64,000 nt of DNA from Chitinophagaceae bacterium (lineage in GTDB: Bacteria; Bacteroidota; Bacteroidia; Chitinophagales; Chitinophagaceae), in assembly GCA_039927535.1 (NCBI GenBank), contig JBDSUW010000107.1:382-64381 (forward strand), read 5' to 3'. The notes beneath the pieces are model-generated. The model saw only the letters and a program-made list of their open reading frames with translations, was not told the DNA's origin and made no database searches. Made by a program: the position numbers and the translations under genes. Shown piece by piece: positions 28,087-38,353 of this stretch (its first letter is position 1; the number at the start of each line of letters is the position of its first letter).

Positions 28087-29124
28087 TTACCAGCACCTCG
28101 GGCATTTCTCACTATACTTATTACCTAATAAGAAGCCGACCATTATCTCATGTGTGCCGCGGCTAACTGTATTCAAGGCTGTCGTAGTAATATCATAAGC
28201 ATACCCGATATTGAAGGTGTTGCCAATATTAATACCTGCCATTGCAGCATAGCCATCTTGATAGCGGTAACTGCCACCGAGCCAAAGCAAATCCTGATAC
28301 TGCACTTTCAGATTCAGCTCCGGTTGAAAATTATTTATTGATGATCCCTGCACATATTTAAACATTACAGAAGGTATCATATTTATATCCTCACCTATTA
28401 ATACTCTATAGCCTGCCGTCAAAAATACATGTGGTATCAATCTTCCTTTTGTGAGGATAGCAGCATCGTCAGCAAATGACAATTTCTGCGGAATGATCTG
28501 CTGTGCAGACACACCCACGAAATAGTTTTTTGAATATAACCACATACCAAATCCCAAATCAGGCCTTATTTTATTTAATTCACCTGATAAAGAGGCACCA
28601 GTTGCAGGGTCGAATGGATCGCTGGCACCACTAAAGTCATGCTTAGTTCTGTCGATGCTTATATTGGTGATGCCTGCTGCAAATCCTGCGGAAAGATTTA
28701 AAGTAGGCGTCAATCCAAGATGATAAGCATAGGTGGCATTTACAGTAAACCTGTTAAAGCTGCCGGCTTTATCGTTCACCATTGTAAGGCCAATACCGTG
28801 ATGTGGTTCTGCTGCCGTGTAGCTTTCCCAATAGCTTTTACCTCTTGGATTTTCACCCGGCACTTGAAAAGATGTTGCAGATGTTCTGTAATTATCTTTT
28901 CCTATTGGACCTTGTATAGAAATATAAGAAGTTTTCGGTGCTCCATCCAATCCTACCCACTGGTCTCTGGTACTAAGTTTTACATCCACATAATTCTCAA
29001 TACCACTTAATGCGGGATTCAAAATATAGTTGTTTAATATATACTGTGTATAATGCGGACGCTGCTGCGCATCTGCAAACACTACAAACAATACAAACGG
29101 TATTACAAATAATTTCTTTTTCAT
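28087..29124 (-). CDS. Type IX secretion system membrane protein, PorP/SprF family
   Basis: QQRPHYTQY..N...LNPA, R.QW.G..GAP.T, GYAYD and GTHEI motifs. Confidence 0.92.
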   Translation of the reverse strand: MKKKLFVIPFVLFVVFADAQQRPHYTQYILNNYILNPALSGIENYVDVKLSTRDQWVGLDGAPKTSYISIQGPIGKDNYRTSATSFQVPGENPRGKSYWESYTAAEPHHGIGLTMVNDKAGSFNRFTVNATYAYHLGLTPTLNLSAGFAAGITNISIDRTKHDFSGASDPFDPATGASLSGELNKIRPDLGFGMWLYSKNYFVGVSAQQIIPQKLSFADDAAILTKGRLIPHVFLTAGYRVLIGEDINMIPSVMFKYVQGSSINNFQPELNLKVQYQDLLWLGGSYRYQDGYAAMAGINIGNTFNIGYAYDITTTALNTVSRGTHEIMVGFLLGNKYSEKCPRCW

Positions 29125-29127
29125 TGC

Positions 29128-32100
29128 TTAACGAATTACATCTACATAACCGGAGATTATACCTCTGCCATTTTTCGGGTTCACAATATAATAATACGTT
29201 CCAATCGAAACAGGCTTCCCATTTACAGTTCCATCCCAAGGCATACTATATCCAACAGAACGATAGATCATCTGACCATACCTGTTAAAAATTTCCACTG
29301 TGCCCCCGGGATAAGTATCAAGATATTTAATTATCCATTTGTCATGCACACCATCACCATTAGGGCTAAAGATGTTTGGAATTTCAGGTCCCTTCAATAC
29401 TTTAACAAATACATCATCCGCAGCAATACAGTTTCCTCTTCCGGTAACCGTTAGTGTGTACGTTATATCCGCTACTCCTTTTACAATCGGATTAAGAAGA
29501 GTATTGCTGGATAAGAAATAAGTATCGGGTGTCCATAAATAAGTTGAGTTGTTCGCAGTTACCAACGCATTCAACGTATCACTTCCATTTTCCAATATAA
29601 ACAAGTCGGGTCCTGCATTTACAAGCGGATATGCATTCACCGTTACTTTCTTCGTAAATACAGAACTGCGGCATCCATAACTATTCGTTATGAAAAGATT
29701 TACATCATACTCGCCTGCTGAAGCATAGGTGTAAGAAAAAGTTGGAACAGTTCTGGTATTACCATCGGCCATCGTCCAGTTCCAGGCAGTTGTGGCTCCA
29801 TCCGCCGGATCACTATTATCAGTAAACGAAAAACTTTCGCCAATACAAACATCATCTTTATCCACTGTGAAGTTTCCTATTGGCTCAGGATGAATTGTAT
29901 TCAGCACTTTAGTAGTTGCCTTTACACAACCAGCTGCACTAGTAACCTGCAGGTTTACATTGTAAGGGCCAACAGCATTATATATATGTGATGGGCTTGA
30001 ACCAGTTGAATTGTTAGACGAGCCACTTGCCGGATCATCGAAATTCCATAAATAAGTAAAGGTGGACTCTGTTCCATCCGCAATACTGGAATTATTTGTA
30101 AACACAACATTGGCAGCAGGTAAACAAACACCCGGCGGGAAACTAAAATCAGGTATAGGAATAGGGTTTACAAAAATCGGTGTGGTATTGGTAGTACTGT
30201 TGCATCCGTTATTCGTTGTTAAAATTAATGTAACACTATAGTTACCCCAGGTGCTAAATGTATGCGTAGGATTCTGTAATGTAGAAATGTTGGCTGCACC
30301 ACTTGCTGGGTCACCAAAGTTCCAGTTCCATCCTGTTATTGTACCCGAAGCAGCTGATATCGTAGAGGTCGAACTATTAAAGTTGATGACAGCGTTTTCG
30401 CATACCGTAGCAGAATAAGTAAACTGAACTGATGCAGTATCTAAAACTGTAATAGGTTTCGATATTGAATCCACACATCCTCCGGTAGTTGAGGTATAAG
30501 TATATTTTATTAGAAAAGTTCCGATACCTGCCGCCACCGGATTGAATATGCCTGTAGAAGAAACTCCGGGACCGCTGAATACACCGGTGCCTGCTACTCC
30601 CCCTGTTTCGCTTGCCTGCGTTATCTGAAATGGTGCTACATCATAACATGTAGCCGGCATATTATTAAACTGTACTACAGGTGTACCGTTTACGGTAATA
30701 TTAGTAAACTTATCATTTACACATAAACCTCCGGAGTAAGCTCTATACCGGATTGTGTAGTTTGTAGTAACCGTAGTAGTTGGATATTTATGTTTGTATA
30801 TTTTACCTGTAACGGGAATATTGTCTGTATCAAAAGTCGCTGGTTTATTTACATTGTCCCAATAAATTTCAACTTTAGTAATAGAACCAGGAATAACCGA
30901 AGATGCTTCCGAAATCATAATACTATCGCTGGAGCATAGTGTTGCCGGGCTCGATACATTAAAATCTGCAGTAGGATTGCTGCCATTAATAAAGAGTGAG
31001 TTTACAATGGTATCTCTGCATCCTTTATTGCTGATGGCTATTAATTCAATATTGTATGCGCCAACAGCGGGATAAGTATGTTGGGGATTTTGTAAACCTG
31101 AAATATTAGCTGCACCGCTTGGAGGATCACCAAAATTCCAGTTCCATATTGATATATTATCCGGTGCTGCAATTTTACTGGTATCTGTAAATGGTACAAA
31201 TGGATCACCCAGGCAAACTTCAGGAAAGCTGAATCCTGCCAGCGGTCTTCTTTCAATAGTAACAGGCATAGATGCACCTGTGCTTACACAGCCTTTATCT
31301 GTTGTCACCGTCAACGTAACATTGTAGGTTCCAACAGTTGCATAATTATGTGTTGGGTTTTGCAAAGCGGAAGTATTAGCAGCGCCACTTGCAGGATCGC
31401 CAAAGTTCCATAGCCAGTTATTTACCACTCCAGCATTTGGAACAGATGCATCCGTAAATTGTATATCTCTTGTTTCGCAAGTTGGAGTGTTAGTTGTAAA
31501 ATTTCGGATTGGTAGAGGGTTTACAATTATGGTTGCTGAACCTGTTTGTGTCTGAGAGCAGCTTGTACTACCTCCATTTTGTAAACTTACAAGATTGTAC
31601 GTAAACGTTCCGGCAGTTCCTGTTGGCACTGATACTGTAACAGAATTTCCACTAACTGTAGTAACTGTTTGATTGCCGCCGCCATTTATATTATAAGTAA
31701 ACGTGTAAGGTGCAGCATTTCCTGTTCCTGTAAATGTAATTACTGGAGAAGTTCCATTCAAACAAACTTCTGTTGTTCCGGAAATATTTGCCGTTGGTAT
31801 TTCAATTATGGTGACAGTTGCAGAACCTGATTGAAGTTGACTACAAAGAGTTGTACTTGCATCCTGTACACTAACGAGATTATAAATAAAAGTTCCGGCT
31901 ACAGTTGTAGGAACAGATACAGTTACACTATTTCCACTTATTGTTGTAACAGTTTGATTGCCGCCGCCATTTATATTGTAAGTAAATGTGTATGGAGGAA
32001 CAGCACCACCAGCAGCAGTGAATGTTATATTGGGAGAACTGCCATTTTTGCATACAGAAAAAGTTCCCGAAACCGTGGCAGTTGGTAGTGGATTAACCTT

Positions 32101-34377
32101 AACTGTTACTGAGCCTGTTTGTGCCTGTGTACAAATGGCGGGACCGGCATCCGACACACTTACAAGATTATAAACAAATGTTCCTGTAGCATTTGTTGGA
32201 GCAGTTACAGTGACACTGTTCCCACTTACTGTAGTTACTGTTTGATTTGAACCTCCATTTATGTTGTAAGTAAATTTGTAAGGAGCTGTTCCAAAACTTC
32301 CATTAAACGTAACATTAGGAGATGAGCTGTTTAGACATACTTCTATGTTTCCTGCTATGTTTGCTGTAGGTAATGGAGAAATGGTTACAACCTTAATTAC
32401 AGTATCAGCAATGCAACCTATATCTGTAATTAATGAATACTTGACTGTATAAGATCCTGGTGTTGGATATGGATGTGAAGGATTGTTAGTAGTAGCGTTT
32501 GTTGCATCGCCGAATGACCAAAATCTGGTATTTACCGCACGGCCATTAGTATTAGAATTGTCAGTAAACTGAACCGGATTTGGGAAACAGACATTACTAA
32601 AATTAAAATCGGCAACAGGTGGTTCAAAAACCTGAACATCAAAGGTAATTTCCTGTATACCGCTACACCCGTCTGGTGTTGGATTATTGGCTATAACTTT
32701 TATAGGATAAGTGCCAATAGTTGGTATACTATAATTTGATGGCAACTGATATAAATACAGCGTTTTCCCTGCTACAACGACTGTTGATGTAGGAACAGGG
32801 CTATTAATAGTTACATCAGCAATTCCAAGGGCATTCAGCAAAGGCCCAAACACCCAATCTATTTGAGTCGGTTGGTAAGGAAATGTCATTGAAAAAAAGA
32901 AAGGAGCATCTTTGCAAGTAGCTGGAAAATTTACGGTGCCATATTGATTTTGCACAGAGATATATTGAAATATATCCTTAATGTTAGTGCCGGCATTGTA
33001 ACCATAAGATTCAGCATTACCATATCCATAGGCAATTGCATTAAAACCAGAATCAGATTGTATAATATGCTGACCTGCTGAAACATTCTGGGTTAGGTAG
33101 GAATAATTAGGATTCTGTGGATGAACAATAAAGAGTGCAGGTGATATCGGTACTCCATCTAATCGGAAAGAAGTAATTGCTGTACCTGCATTGGGAATTA
33201 TAGCATTAAAATAGTGTTGAAGAATGTTAAAATTGGGAGTTGCATTCCATAGTACCTTATTTATATTTTGTTCTACCGAACTTAAGTAAATAACTTCCGG
33301 GTCTCCGGGGTTCCCATTTCCACAAGCTCCCTGGGATGTTAAGTATTGAGCCACCATAATTGGCTTATCCGCTTCAATAAGTTTAGGTGTTGTAGAAGCA
33401 GGGATTTCATAAAAAAAATTATTTATTAATGCGTAAGGGATAGGAGCTCCGTTTAATGTAACAACAGTTGTAGGGTCGGAAACACAAACCCGGTAAATAT
33501 TGTTTGATTGGTTTCCTCCTGTCGTTGTTGTTAGGAATTTTTTACCCCATGCAGTTTGAGGAAATGCCTGAACCATATAATTATCAGATGAGGAAGAGGC
33601 CCCGTTACAAGTAATACTAATTCTTCCGCTACCGGAATAAACAGCAATTTTTTTACATAATCCTGTCCCGGAAGCTATACTCTTTATTTTAGTTCCCGTA
33701 AGATCGACGCCTGTAAGTGGATTACCACTTGTATTGAACTGCCCCATCAGGTTGTAAACCTGACCTTGTGTAAGATTTACTGTAAAAGTTACACCAGCAG
33801 GGTGAGAAATAGTATTACTACTCGGAGTTATTTCCACTGTCGTAGTTCCAGTATCAGCTGCTATTACATATGCCCAGCAGTTTGAATTAGCGGTATTTGA
33901 AATATTGGTATAATTAACAGAATAGTATTCTTTACCTAAGGTATTTGTGGGAAATAATATGGAAGCCCCAGACACACTGGCATTATAAATATGGGCATAA
34001 GCGACAATTGGTTTGTCGCTGGTAATATGTATGCCCTTATCCTCAGGAGCAGTAGATTCTGTTCTCAGAGTAACATTCTGCGCCCCGGATTTAGGAATAG
34101 GACTAGATGTAATCACCGTATTTGCAGGAACCAAGTAATTGGCGGTATATCCAACTCCGGGAATTGAAACAGTAACATTTGTTGCATCCTCAGCTGCAAA
34201 GTATAATACCATCTCCTGAGGTCCGTTTCCGGAAGTTCCCATCACCTGGTGATATCCGTAAGCAACCCAAAAGTCTTTTCCCTTATTGGAAAAATCCTGT
34301 GAATAGCTATTTAACTGGCTAAATAAAGCAACGAGTACAAGGGTACTAGCAATGTATAGTTTTCTCATTAAATCCAA
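29128..34377 (-). CDS. Large T9SS-secreted adhesin-like protein (IgGFc-binding-like N-terminus, PKD repeats, gliding-motility type-B CTD)
   Basis: FSNKGKDFW N-terminus, repeated WNWNFGDP, and C-terminal IPNIFSPNGDG..D.W...IFNRYG...WDG...GTYYY. Adjacent to a PorP/SprF gene. Confidence 0.9.
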   Translation of the reverse strand: MDLMRKLYIASTLVLVALFSQLNSYSQDFSNKGKDFWVAYGYHQVMGTSGNGPQEMVLYFAAEDATNVTVSIPGVGYTANYLVPANTVITSSPIPKSGAQNVTLRTESTAPEDKGIHITSDKPIVAYAHIYNASVSGASILFPTNTLGKEYYSVNYTNISNTANSNCWAYVIAADTGTTTVEITPSSNTISHPAGVTFTVNLTQGQVYNLMGQFNTSGNPLTGVDLTGTKIKSIASGTGLCKKIAVYSGSGRISITCNGASSSSDNYMVQAFPQTAWGKKFLTTTTGGNQSNNIYRVCVSDPTTVVTLNGAPIPYALINNFFYEIPASTTPKLIEADKPIMVAQYLTSQGACGNGNPGDPEVIYLSSVEQNINKVLWNATPNFNILQHYFNAIIPNAGTAITSFRLDGVPISPALFIVHPQNPNYSYLTQNVSAGQHIIQSDSGFNAIAYGYGNAESYGYNAGTNIKDIFQYISVQNQYGTVNFPATCKDAPFFFSMTFPYQPTQIDWVFGPLLNALGIADVTINSPVPTSTVVVAGKTLYLYQLPSNYSIPTIGTYPIKVIANNPTPDGCSGIQEITFDVQVFEPPVADFNFSNVCFPNPVQFTDNSNTNGRAVNTRFWSFGDATNATTNNPSHPYPTPGSYTVKYSLITDIGCIADTVIKVVTISPLPTANIAGNIEVCLNSSSPNVTFNGSFGTAPYKFTYNINGGSNQTVTTVSGNSVTVTAPTNATGTFVYNLVSVSDAGPAICTQAQTGSVTVKVNPLPTATVSGTFSVCKNGSSPNITFTAAGGAVPPYTFTYNINGGGNQTVTTISGNSVTVSVPTTVAGTFIYNLVSVQDASTTLCSQLQSGSATVTIIEIPTANISGTTEVCLNGTSPVITFTGTGNAAPYTFTYNINGGGNQTVTTVSGNSVTVSVPTGTAGTFTYNLVSLQNGGSTSCSQTQTGSATIIVNPLPIRNFTTNTPTCETRDIQFTDASVPNAGVVNNWLWNFGDPASGAANTSALQNPTHNYATVGTYNVTLTVTTDKGCVSTGASMPVTIERRPLAGFSFPEVCLGDPFVPFTDTSKIAAPDNISIWNWNFGDPPSGAANISGLQNPQHTYPAVGAYNIELIAISNKGCRDTIVNSLFINGSNPTADFNVSSPATLCSSDSIMISEASSVIPGSITKVEIYWDNVNKPATFDTDNIPVTGKIYKHKYPTTTVTTNYTIRYRAYSGGLCVNDKFTNITVNGTPVVQFNNMPATCYDVAPFQITQASETGGVAGTGVFSGPGVSSTGIFNPVAAGIGTFLIKYTYTSTTGGCVDSISKPITVLDTASVQFTYSATVCENAVINFNSSTSTISAASGTITGWNWNFGDPASGAANISTLQNPTHTFSTWGNYSVTLILTTNNGCNSTTNTTPIFVNPIPIPDFSFPPGVCLPAANVVFTNNSSIADGTESTFTYLWNFDDPASGSSNNSTGSSPSHIYNAVGPYNVNLQVTSAAGCVKATTKVLNTIHPEPIGNFTVDKDDVCIGESFSFTDNSDPADGATTAWNWTMADGNTRTVPTFSYTYASAGEYDVNLFITNSYGCRSSVFTKKVTVNAYPLVNAGPDLFILENGSDTLNALVTANNSTYLWTPDTYFLSSNTLLNPIVKGVADITYTLTVTGRGNCIAADDVFVKVLKGPEIPNIFSPNGDGVHDKWIIKYLDTYPGGTVEIFNRYGQMIYRSVGYSMPWDGTVNGKPVSIGTYYYIVNPKNGRGIISGYVDVIR
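31519..32376 (-). repeat. Three tandem ~95-aa Ig-like domain repeats inside the adhesin
   Basis: PY.FTYNINGG.NQTVTT.SGNSVTV..PT...GTF.YNLVS recurs at 285-288-nt spacing. Confidence 0.85.
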
Positions 34378-35078
34378 AGTCCGGTATAGTTAAGAAAGAG
34401 GTAACGAATTTAGTAAAACTATCTGATTATTTATGAGTTTATAGGGGGCACGAATAGAATCCTTAATCGGCCGCTTTATAGCAAATATTCATATTAAAAA
34501 TCCGGCATATCTATTTCTATTTACCACACTATGGACACAATTTCAAATACAACGGCATTCTTCTATGATAGAATTCCGGGTTATTTACAATATCATATAT
34601 TTAAATATTTATATTAATAAATTTATTGCGTTTAAATAAATAGTAAAACTATATAAAATATTCATTTTGTGTATTGTATGAATAATTTAAAATATTTTAG
34701 TTGAATATTATCTAAACAAGACAAAGATAAAGATCCATTCAATTTATTCTAAAATTTAATTCATTACATATTATCTTAACATACTGACAACAAGAATAAT
34801 ATATTTAATTTTATTGCATTTATTTTTAGTAAAAAATAAATTGATCATTTTTCTTAAATACTAATAATATTAGTTGTTATCTTTGTCTATATATTTGTCA
34901 TTACTTCTCATTCTACAAAATTTGAGTCCAAAATCATCTCAAAAAAAATTACAAAATCTGCGCCTTTCCTACCCTTTTAGGATTGCCTCAAACTTTAAAT
35001 TTTGGAGGAAAATTATTTTGAGAATATTGGTTTTTTGCAAAGCAGGATTAACCAACCAATCCGTATTTTACATTTTCA

Positions 35079-35549
35079 ATGCAAATAACCATCCCCCCGA
35101 TTCCCAGATTATTGCTTTTAATTGCTGTGTTTGGGCTGACCTCCTGTGGATCAATAAAAGATCCCGAATTCCAACGTATAGAGAATATCAGATTTGGCAA
35201 GCTGGGATTGACTGAATCTATTTTGAATCTGGATATTCTTTATTTAAACCCGAATAAAACAAGACTGAAGCTAAAAAGCGCAGAAGGAGAAGCCTGGCTG
35301 GACAATACCTATTTAGGCCGTTTTATAATTGATACACTTATTAAAATCCCGGCGAATGATTTGTTTCGACTTCCAGTTAAATTACAAGTGGATATGAGTA
35401 AGATTGTACAAAGCTCTGTACTGGCTTTCCTAAACCCTGAAGTAGTTATTAAAATAAATGGAAAAGCAAGGGTGGGAAAAGGCTTTATATATATTAATTA
35501 CCCGATAAAATATGAGGGAAAGCAGAATTTAAGAGAATTGATTAAATGA
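35079..35549 (+). CDS. LEA type 2 (WHy) family lipoprotein
   Basis: Lipobox LTSC; P.F..I, NPN and beta-rich WHy-like pattern. Confidence 0.75.
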   Translation: MQITIPPIPRLLLLIAVFGLTSCGSIKDPEFQRIENIRFGKLGLTESILNLDILYLNPNKTRLKLKSAEGEAWLDNTYLGRFIIDTLIKIPANDLFRLPVKLQVDMSKIVQSSVLAFLNPEVVIKINGKARVGKGFIYINYPIKYEGKQNLRELIK

Positions 35550-35600
35550 GTACTTAGTAACAAGTAGAGATGCCATTTAGACCAATACAGAAAATACAGG

Positions 35601-35664
35601 AACACGGATAGCACAGATAAAAAGGATGAACACACCTGCCCGACTGAGTCATTCAGGCGGGGAT
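35601..35664 (+). repeat. Nonamer array interrupted by a 27-bp REP-like palindrome (35635-35661)
   Basis: AACACGGAT AGCACAGAT AAAAAGGAT GAACACA[CCTGCCCGACTGAGTCATTCAGGCGGG]GAT. Confidence 0.65.
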
Positions 35665-35704
35665 ATGATTTTTCTTCGCAAAATTGCGGATTTAGATTCG
35701 CTAA

Positions 35705-36091
35705 TTATTGTGCAGGTGGTGGCGGAACTTTAGGCTTAGGATGCCCGCCTCCGTCTTCAAATTTCTTACATGACTTTGGCAACCTGTTATAGATATCTTC
35801 TGCTGCAGGTATATCATCTGCATCATAACCGCAATTGGCTATAGCTGCTTTAATTTGCTCTATATCTGTTCTATCTGTCAGGTATTTTACTTTTGTTTCT
35901 CCTTTACGATAGTTCACCGTTACTTCCAGCACCCCATCGTAACGCTTAAGATAGCCTTCAATTCTTGTTTTACAATCTGCACAAAGGGCATTGGGTGTTT
36001 TAATTGTTGCAATCAGCAATGGCTTTGTTTGAGAAAAACTCTCCGATCCAAAGCCGATAAAAATCAATGTAAGTAGTATTAATTGCTTCAT
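35705..36091 (-). CDS. Exported heavy-metal-associated (HMA) domain protein
   Basis: Signal peptide from ATG 36091; CADC metal motif, GYDAD and LPKSC. Confidence 0.85.
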   Translation of the reverse strand: MKQLILLTLIFIGFGSESFSQTKPLLIATIKTPNALCADCKTRIEGYLKRYDGVLEVTVNYRKGETKVKYLTDRTDIEQIKAAIANCGYDADDIPAAEDIYNRLPKSCKKFEDGGGHPKPKVPPPPAQ

Positions 36092-36113
36092 AGGTAAATT
36101 TCTTTTATTAAAA

Positions 36114-36749
36114 TTACGAAACACCAGTCCAGTTAGCCGGATCATCTCTCCATTTTAACAAAACAGATTCCTGCTCTGGCTTCACCATTCCTTTTTCAAT
36201 AGCCAATTCTATTAATGTTGAGTAATCAGTTAAGGATTGAAAGGGCAATGATGCAGTATTGAAAGCTTCCGTTGCAACAGCAAACCCATAGGTAAAAATA
36301 CAAACCATTCCTATCACTTCTATTCCTTCTTGTTTCAATACATCTACCACTTGTAAACTGCTTTTGCCAGTAGAAACAAGATCTTCTATAACCACTACTT
36401 TCTTTCCCTTTTCGTAATAGCCTTCAATCTGATTTCCCAAGCCATGTTCCTTAGGTTTAGGCCTAACATAGATATACGGTAGCTTCAACTGATCGGCGCC
36501 CATTGCACCCCAAGCTATTCCCGCAGTAGCAACACCTGCCAGTAGTTCTGCATCAGGAAATTTTTCAAACACTACATTACACATTTCTGATTTGATAAAA
36601 TCTCTGATGTATGGAAACGATAAGACTTTTCTGTTATCACAATAGATAGGACTCTTCCATCCGCTGGCCCAGGTAAAGGGGTGTTCGGGACTTAATTTAA
36701 CTGCATTTATCTGGAGCAATTTTTCTGCAACTGCTTTTGCGTCTGTCAT
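36114..36749 (-). CDS. pyrE: Orotate phosphoribosyltransferase
   Basis: FTWASGWKSPIYCDNR, YVRPKPK.HG and VVIEDLVSTGKS. ATG at 36749; the ORF-track extension translates the repeat arm. Confidence 0.97.
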   Translation of the reverse strand: MTDAKAVAEKLLQINAVKLSPEHPFTWASGWKSPIYCDNRKVLSFPYIRDFIKSEMCNVVFEKFPDAELLAGVATAGIAWGAMGADQLKLPYIYVRPKPKEHGLGNQIEGYYEKGKKVVVIEDLVSTGKSSLQVVDVLKQEGIEVIGMVCIFTYGFAVATEAFNTASLPFQSLTDYSTLIELAIEKGMVKPEQESVLLKWRDDPANWTGVS

Positions 36750-36753
36750 CCAG

Positions 36754-36788
36754 CAAAGGTACAAGCTGCAAGGAACAAGGCACAAGGT
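36754..36788 (+). repeat. Left heptamer arm (5 x nCAAGGn)
   Basis: CAAAGGT ACAAGCT GCAAGGA ACAAGGC ACAAGGT. Confidence 0.85.
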
Positions 36789-36857
36789 CTTAAAGCATTT
36801 ATTTTACAACTGATAGTAAATTGGTTTAAATTTATTCATCAATAAAGACATTCATCC

Positions 36858-37204
36858 ATGTCGAAAGAATTAGAAGACAGGTTACTTAATTATGCAAAAG
36901 CTGTGAGGGATTTCTGCACTAAAGTAAAATGGAATATTATAAACCAGGAATACATCAAACAAGTCATCCGTCCAGCGGTTCAGTTAGTGCTAATTACACA
37001 GAAGCATCAGACGATTCGGGAAAAGCAGATGAGAAAATTAAATTGAAGATTTCAAGAAGAGAAGTAAAAGAAAAAATAAAATGGATTGATTTGATACTGA
37101 CATATGACAACGGAGAACTAGAAAGAGAACAGGCCCGATTAATTGATGAAGGTGAACAAATAAGAAAAATATAATCTGCTATACTCATAAAACTGGGAGG
37201 CTAA
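36858..37204 (+). pseudogene. Four-helix-bundle protein (23S rRNA IVP/bAvd-like family), frameshifted and with a premature stop
   Basis: Joining two frames gives MSKELEDRL...QVIR/SSGSVSANYTEA...LKISRREVKE...WIDLI...LIDEGEQIRKI*SAILIKLGG, which fits the Q..RS..S..AN..EA and E..E...W signature. One nt is missing near 36970 and there is a TAA at 37172. Confidence 0.85.
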
Positions 37205-37226
37205 AAAGAAAACTAAGATTTGAGGA

Positions 37227-37261
37227 TTCTTATTCCTTGTCTCTTGTTCCTTGTGCCTTTG
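37227..37261 (-). repeat. Right heptamer arm, inverted relative to 36754-36788
   Basis: Reverse complement reads CAAAGGC ACAAGGA ACAAGAG ACAAGGA ATAAGAA. Confidence 0.85.
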
Positions 37262-37266
37262 TAATT

Positions 37267-37890
37267 ATGTATATAAAAATTTACTTCAACGACAAGCCTC
37301 TCTTTCTTTGTGATACTATTGATAAAGAAATCGAGCCTTTTGTTCATCATGATGATGCAGTGTTTATTGATGAGTTGGATTCCCACACAGTAAAAGCAAT
37401 GATCCATGAAATGCAACTGGAGAAAATACATGCCGGAGTTTTCTTTCATGATGATCTCACGAAGTTGAAAAAAGCTTTCTACAAAAAATTCACCATTATT
37501 CAGGCAGGTGGCGGATTAGTGTTAAATGAAAAAAACGAAATTTTGCTCATATTCCGCAGAGGTAAATGGGATTTACCAAAAGGCAAATTGGATAAAGGAG
37601 AAACTATTTCAGCATGTGCGGTAAGAGAAGTGGAAGAAGAAACGGGATTGAAAGATGTAAAATTAATTACACCACTTATTATTACTTATCACACTTATCA
37701 TGAAGGGTCAAGATTTATTCTGAAAGAATCGCATTGGTACAAAATGAAAGTAAGCGGCAATCAGCATTTAGTTCCACAAACTGAAGAAGATATTTCAGCC
37801 GCAAAATGGATAACAAAAAAAGAAGCGAAACAATATTTTTCGGAATGCTATCCTTCTGTAGTGGATGTTCTTGAAAAGTATTTAGAATAA
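37267..37890 (+). CDS. NUDIX hydrolase
   Basis: WDLPKGKLDKGE....AVREVEEETG Nudix box; ATG at 37267. Confidence 0.93.
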   Translation: MYIKIYFNDKPLFLCDTIDKEIEPFVHHDDAVFIDELDSHTVKAMIHEMQLEKIHAGVFFHDDLTKLKKAFYKKFTIIQAGGGLVLNEKNEILLIFRRGKWDLPKGKLDKGETISACAVREVEEETGLKDVKLITPLIITYHTYHEGSRFILKESHWYKMKVSGNQHLVPQTEEDISAAKWITKKEAKQYFSECYPSVVDVLEKYLE

Positions 37891-37898
37891 GCTAACCT

Positions 37899-38351
37899 TT
37901 ACAATGATCTGGGCTTTGAGAAATCTCTTTTTTGAATAATGGCAACTGTTAACCTACTTACACATACCATTTTCTCCTCTTCATTATAAATTTTTATATC
38001 CCAAACATGGGTTGACTTTCCAAGATGCAGCGGAAGGGCAATACCCGTTACATAGCCTGATGTAGCACTATGAACATGGTTTGCATTGATCTCTAATCCC
38101 ACACATTGAAATTGTGCTGTATCAATAACCATTGCGGACGCTACACTACCAATAGTTTCTGCCAGTACACAAGATGCACCGCCATGTAACAAACCATAAG
38201 GTTGTTTTGTTCTTTCATCTACTGGCATCCTGGCTTTAATAAAATCATCACCAATCTCCACCCATTCAATGCCGAGAAAATCTCCCATTGTCTTCTTCTC
38301 TATCTTATTGAATTGCTCGATAGACAAATCCTTATTAAACCAAATTGACAT
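37899..38351 (-). CDS. Hotdog-fold thioesterase (PaaI/MenI-like)
   Basis: QPYGLLHGGAS.VLAET and VGLEINANH motifs. Confidence 0.92.
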   Translation of the reverse strand: MSIWFNKDLSIEQFNKIEKKTMGDFLGIEWVEIGDDFIKARMPVDERTKQPYGLLHGGASCVLAETIGSVASAMVIDTAQFQCVGLEINANHVHSATSGYVTGIALPLHLGKSTHVWDIKIYNEEEKMVCVSRLTVAIIQKRDFSKPRSL

Positions 38352-38353
38352 AA

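Noticed and set aside
34874-35215. 113-aa ORF in the AT-rich tract
   Set aside because: TTG start, no recognisable motif, and it overlaps the LEA2 gene out of frame.
36754-37261. Possible CRISPR array or diversity-generating retroelement (Avd-like gene)
   Set aside because: The repeats are 7-mers with no spacers, and there is no cas gene, reverse transcriptase or TR/VR pair in the window.
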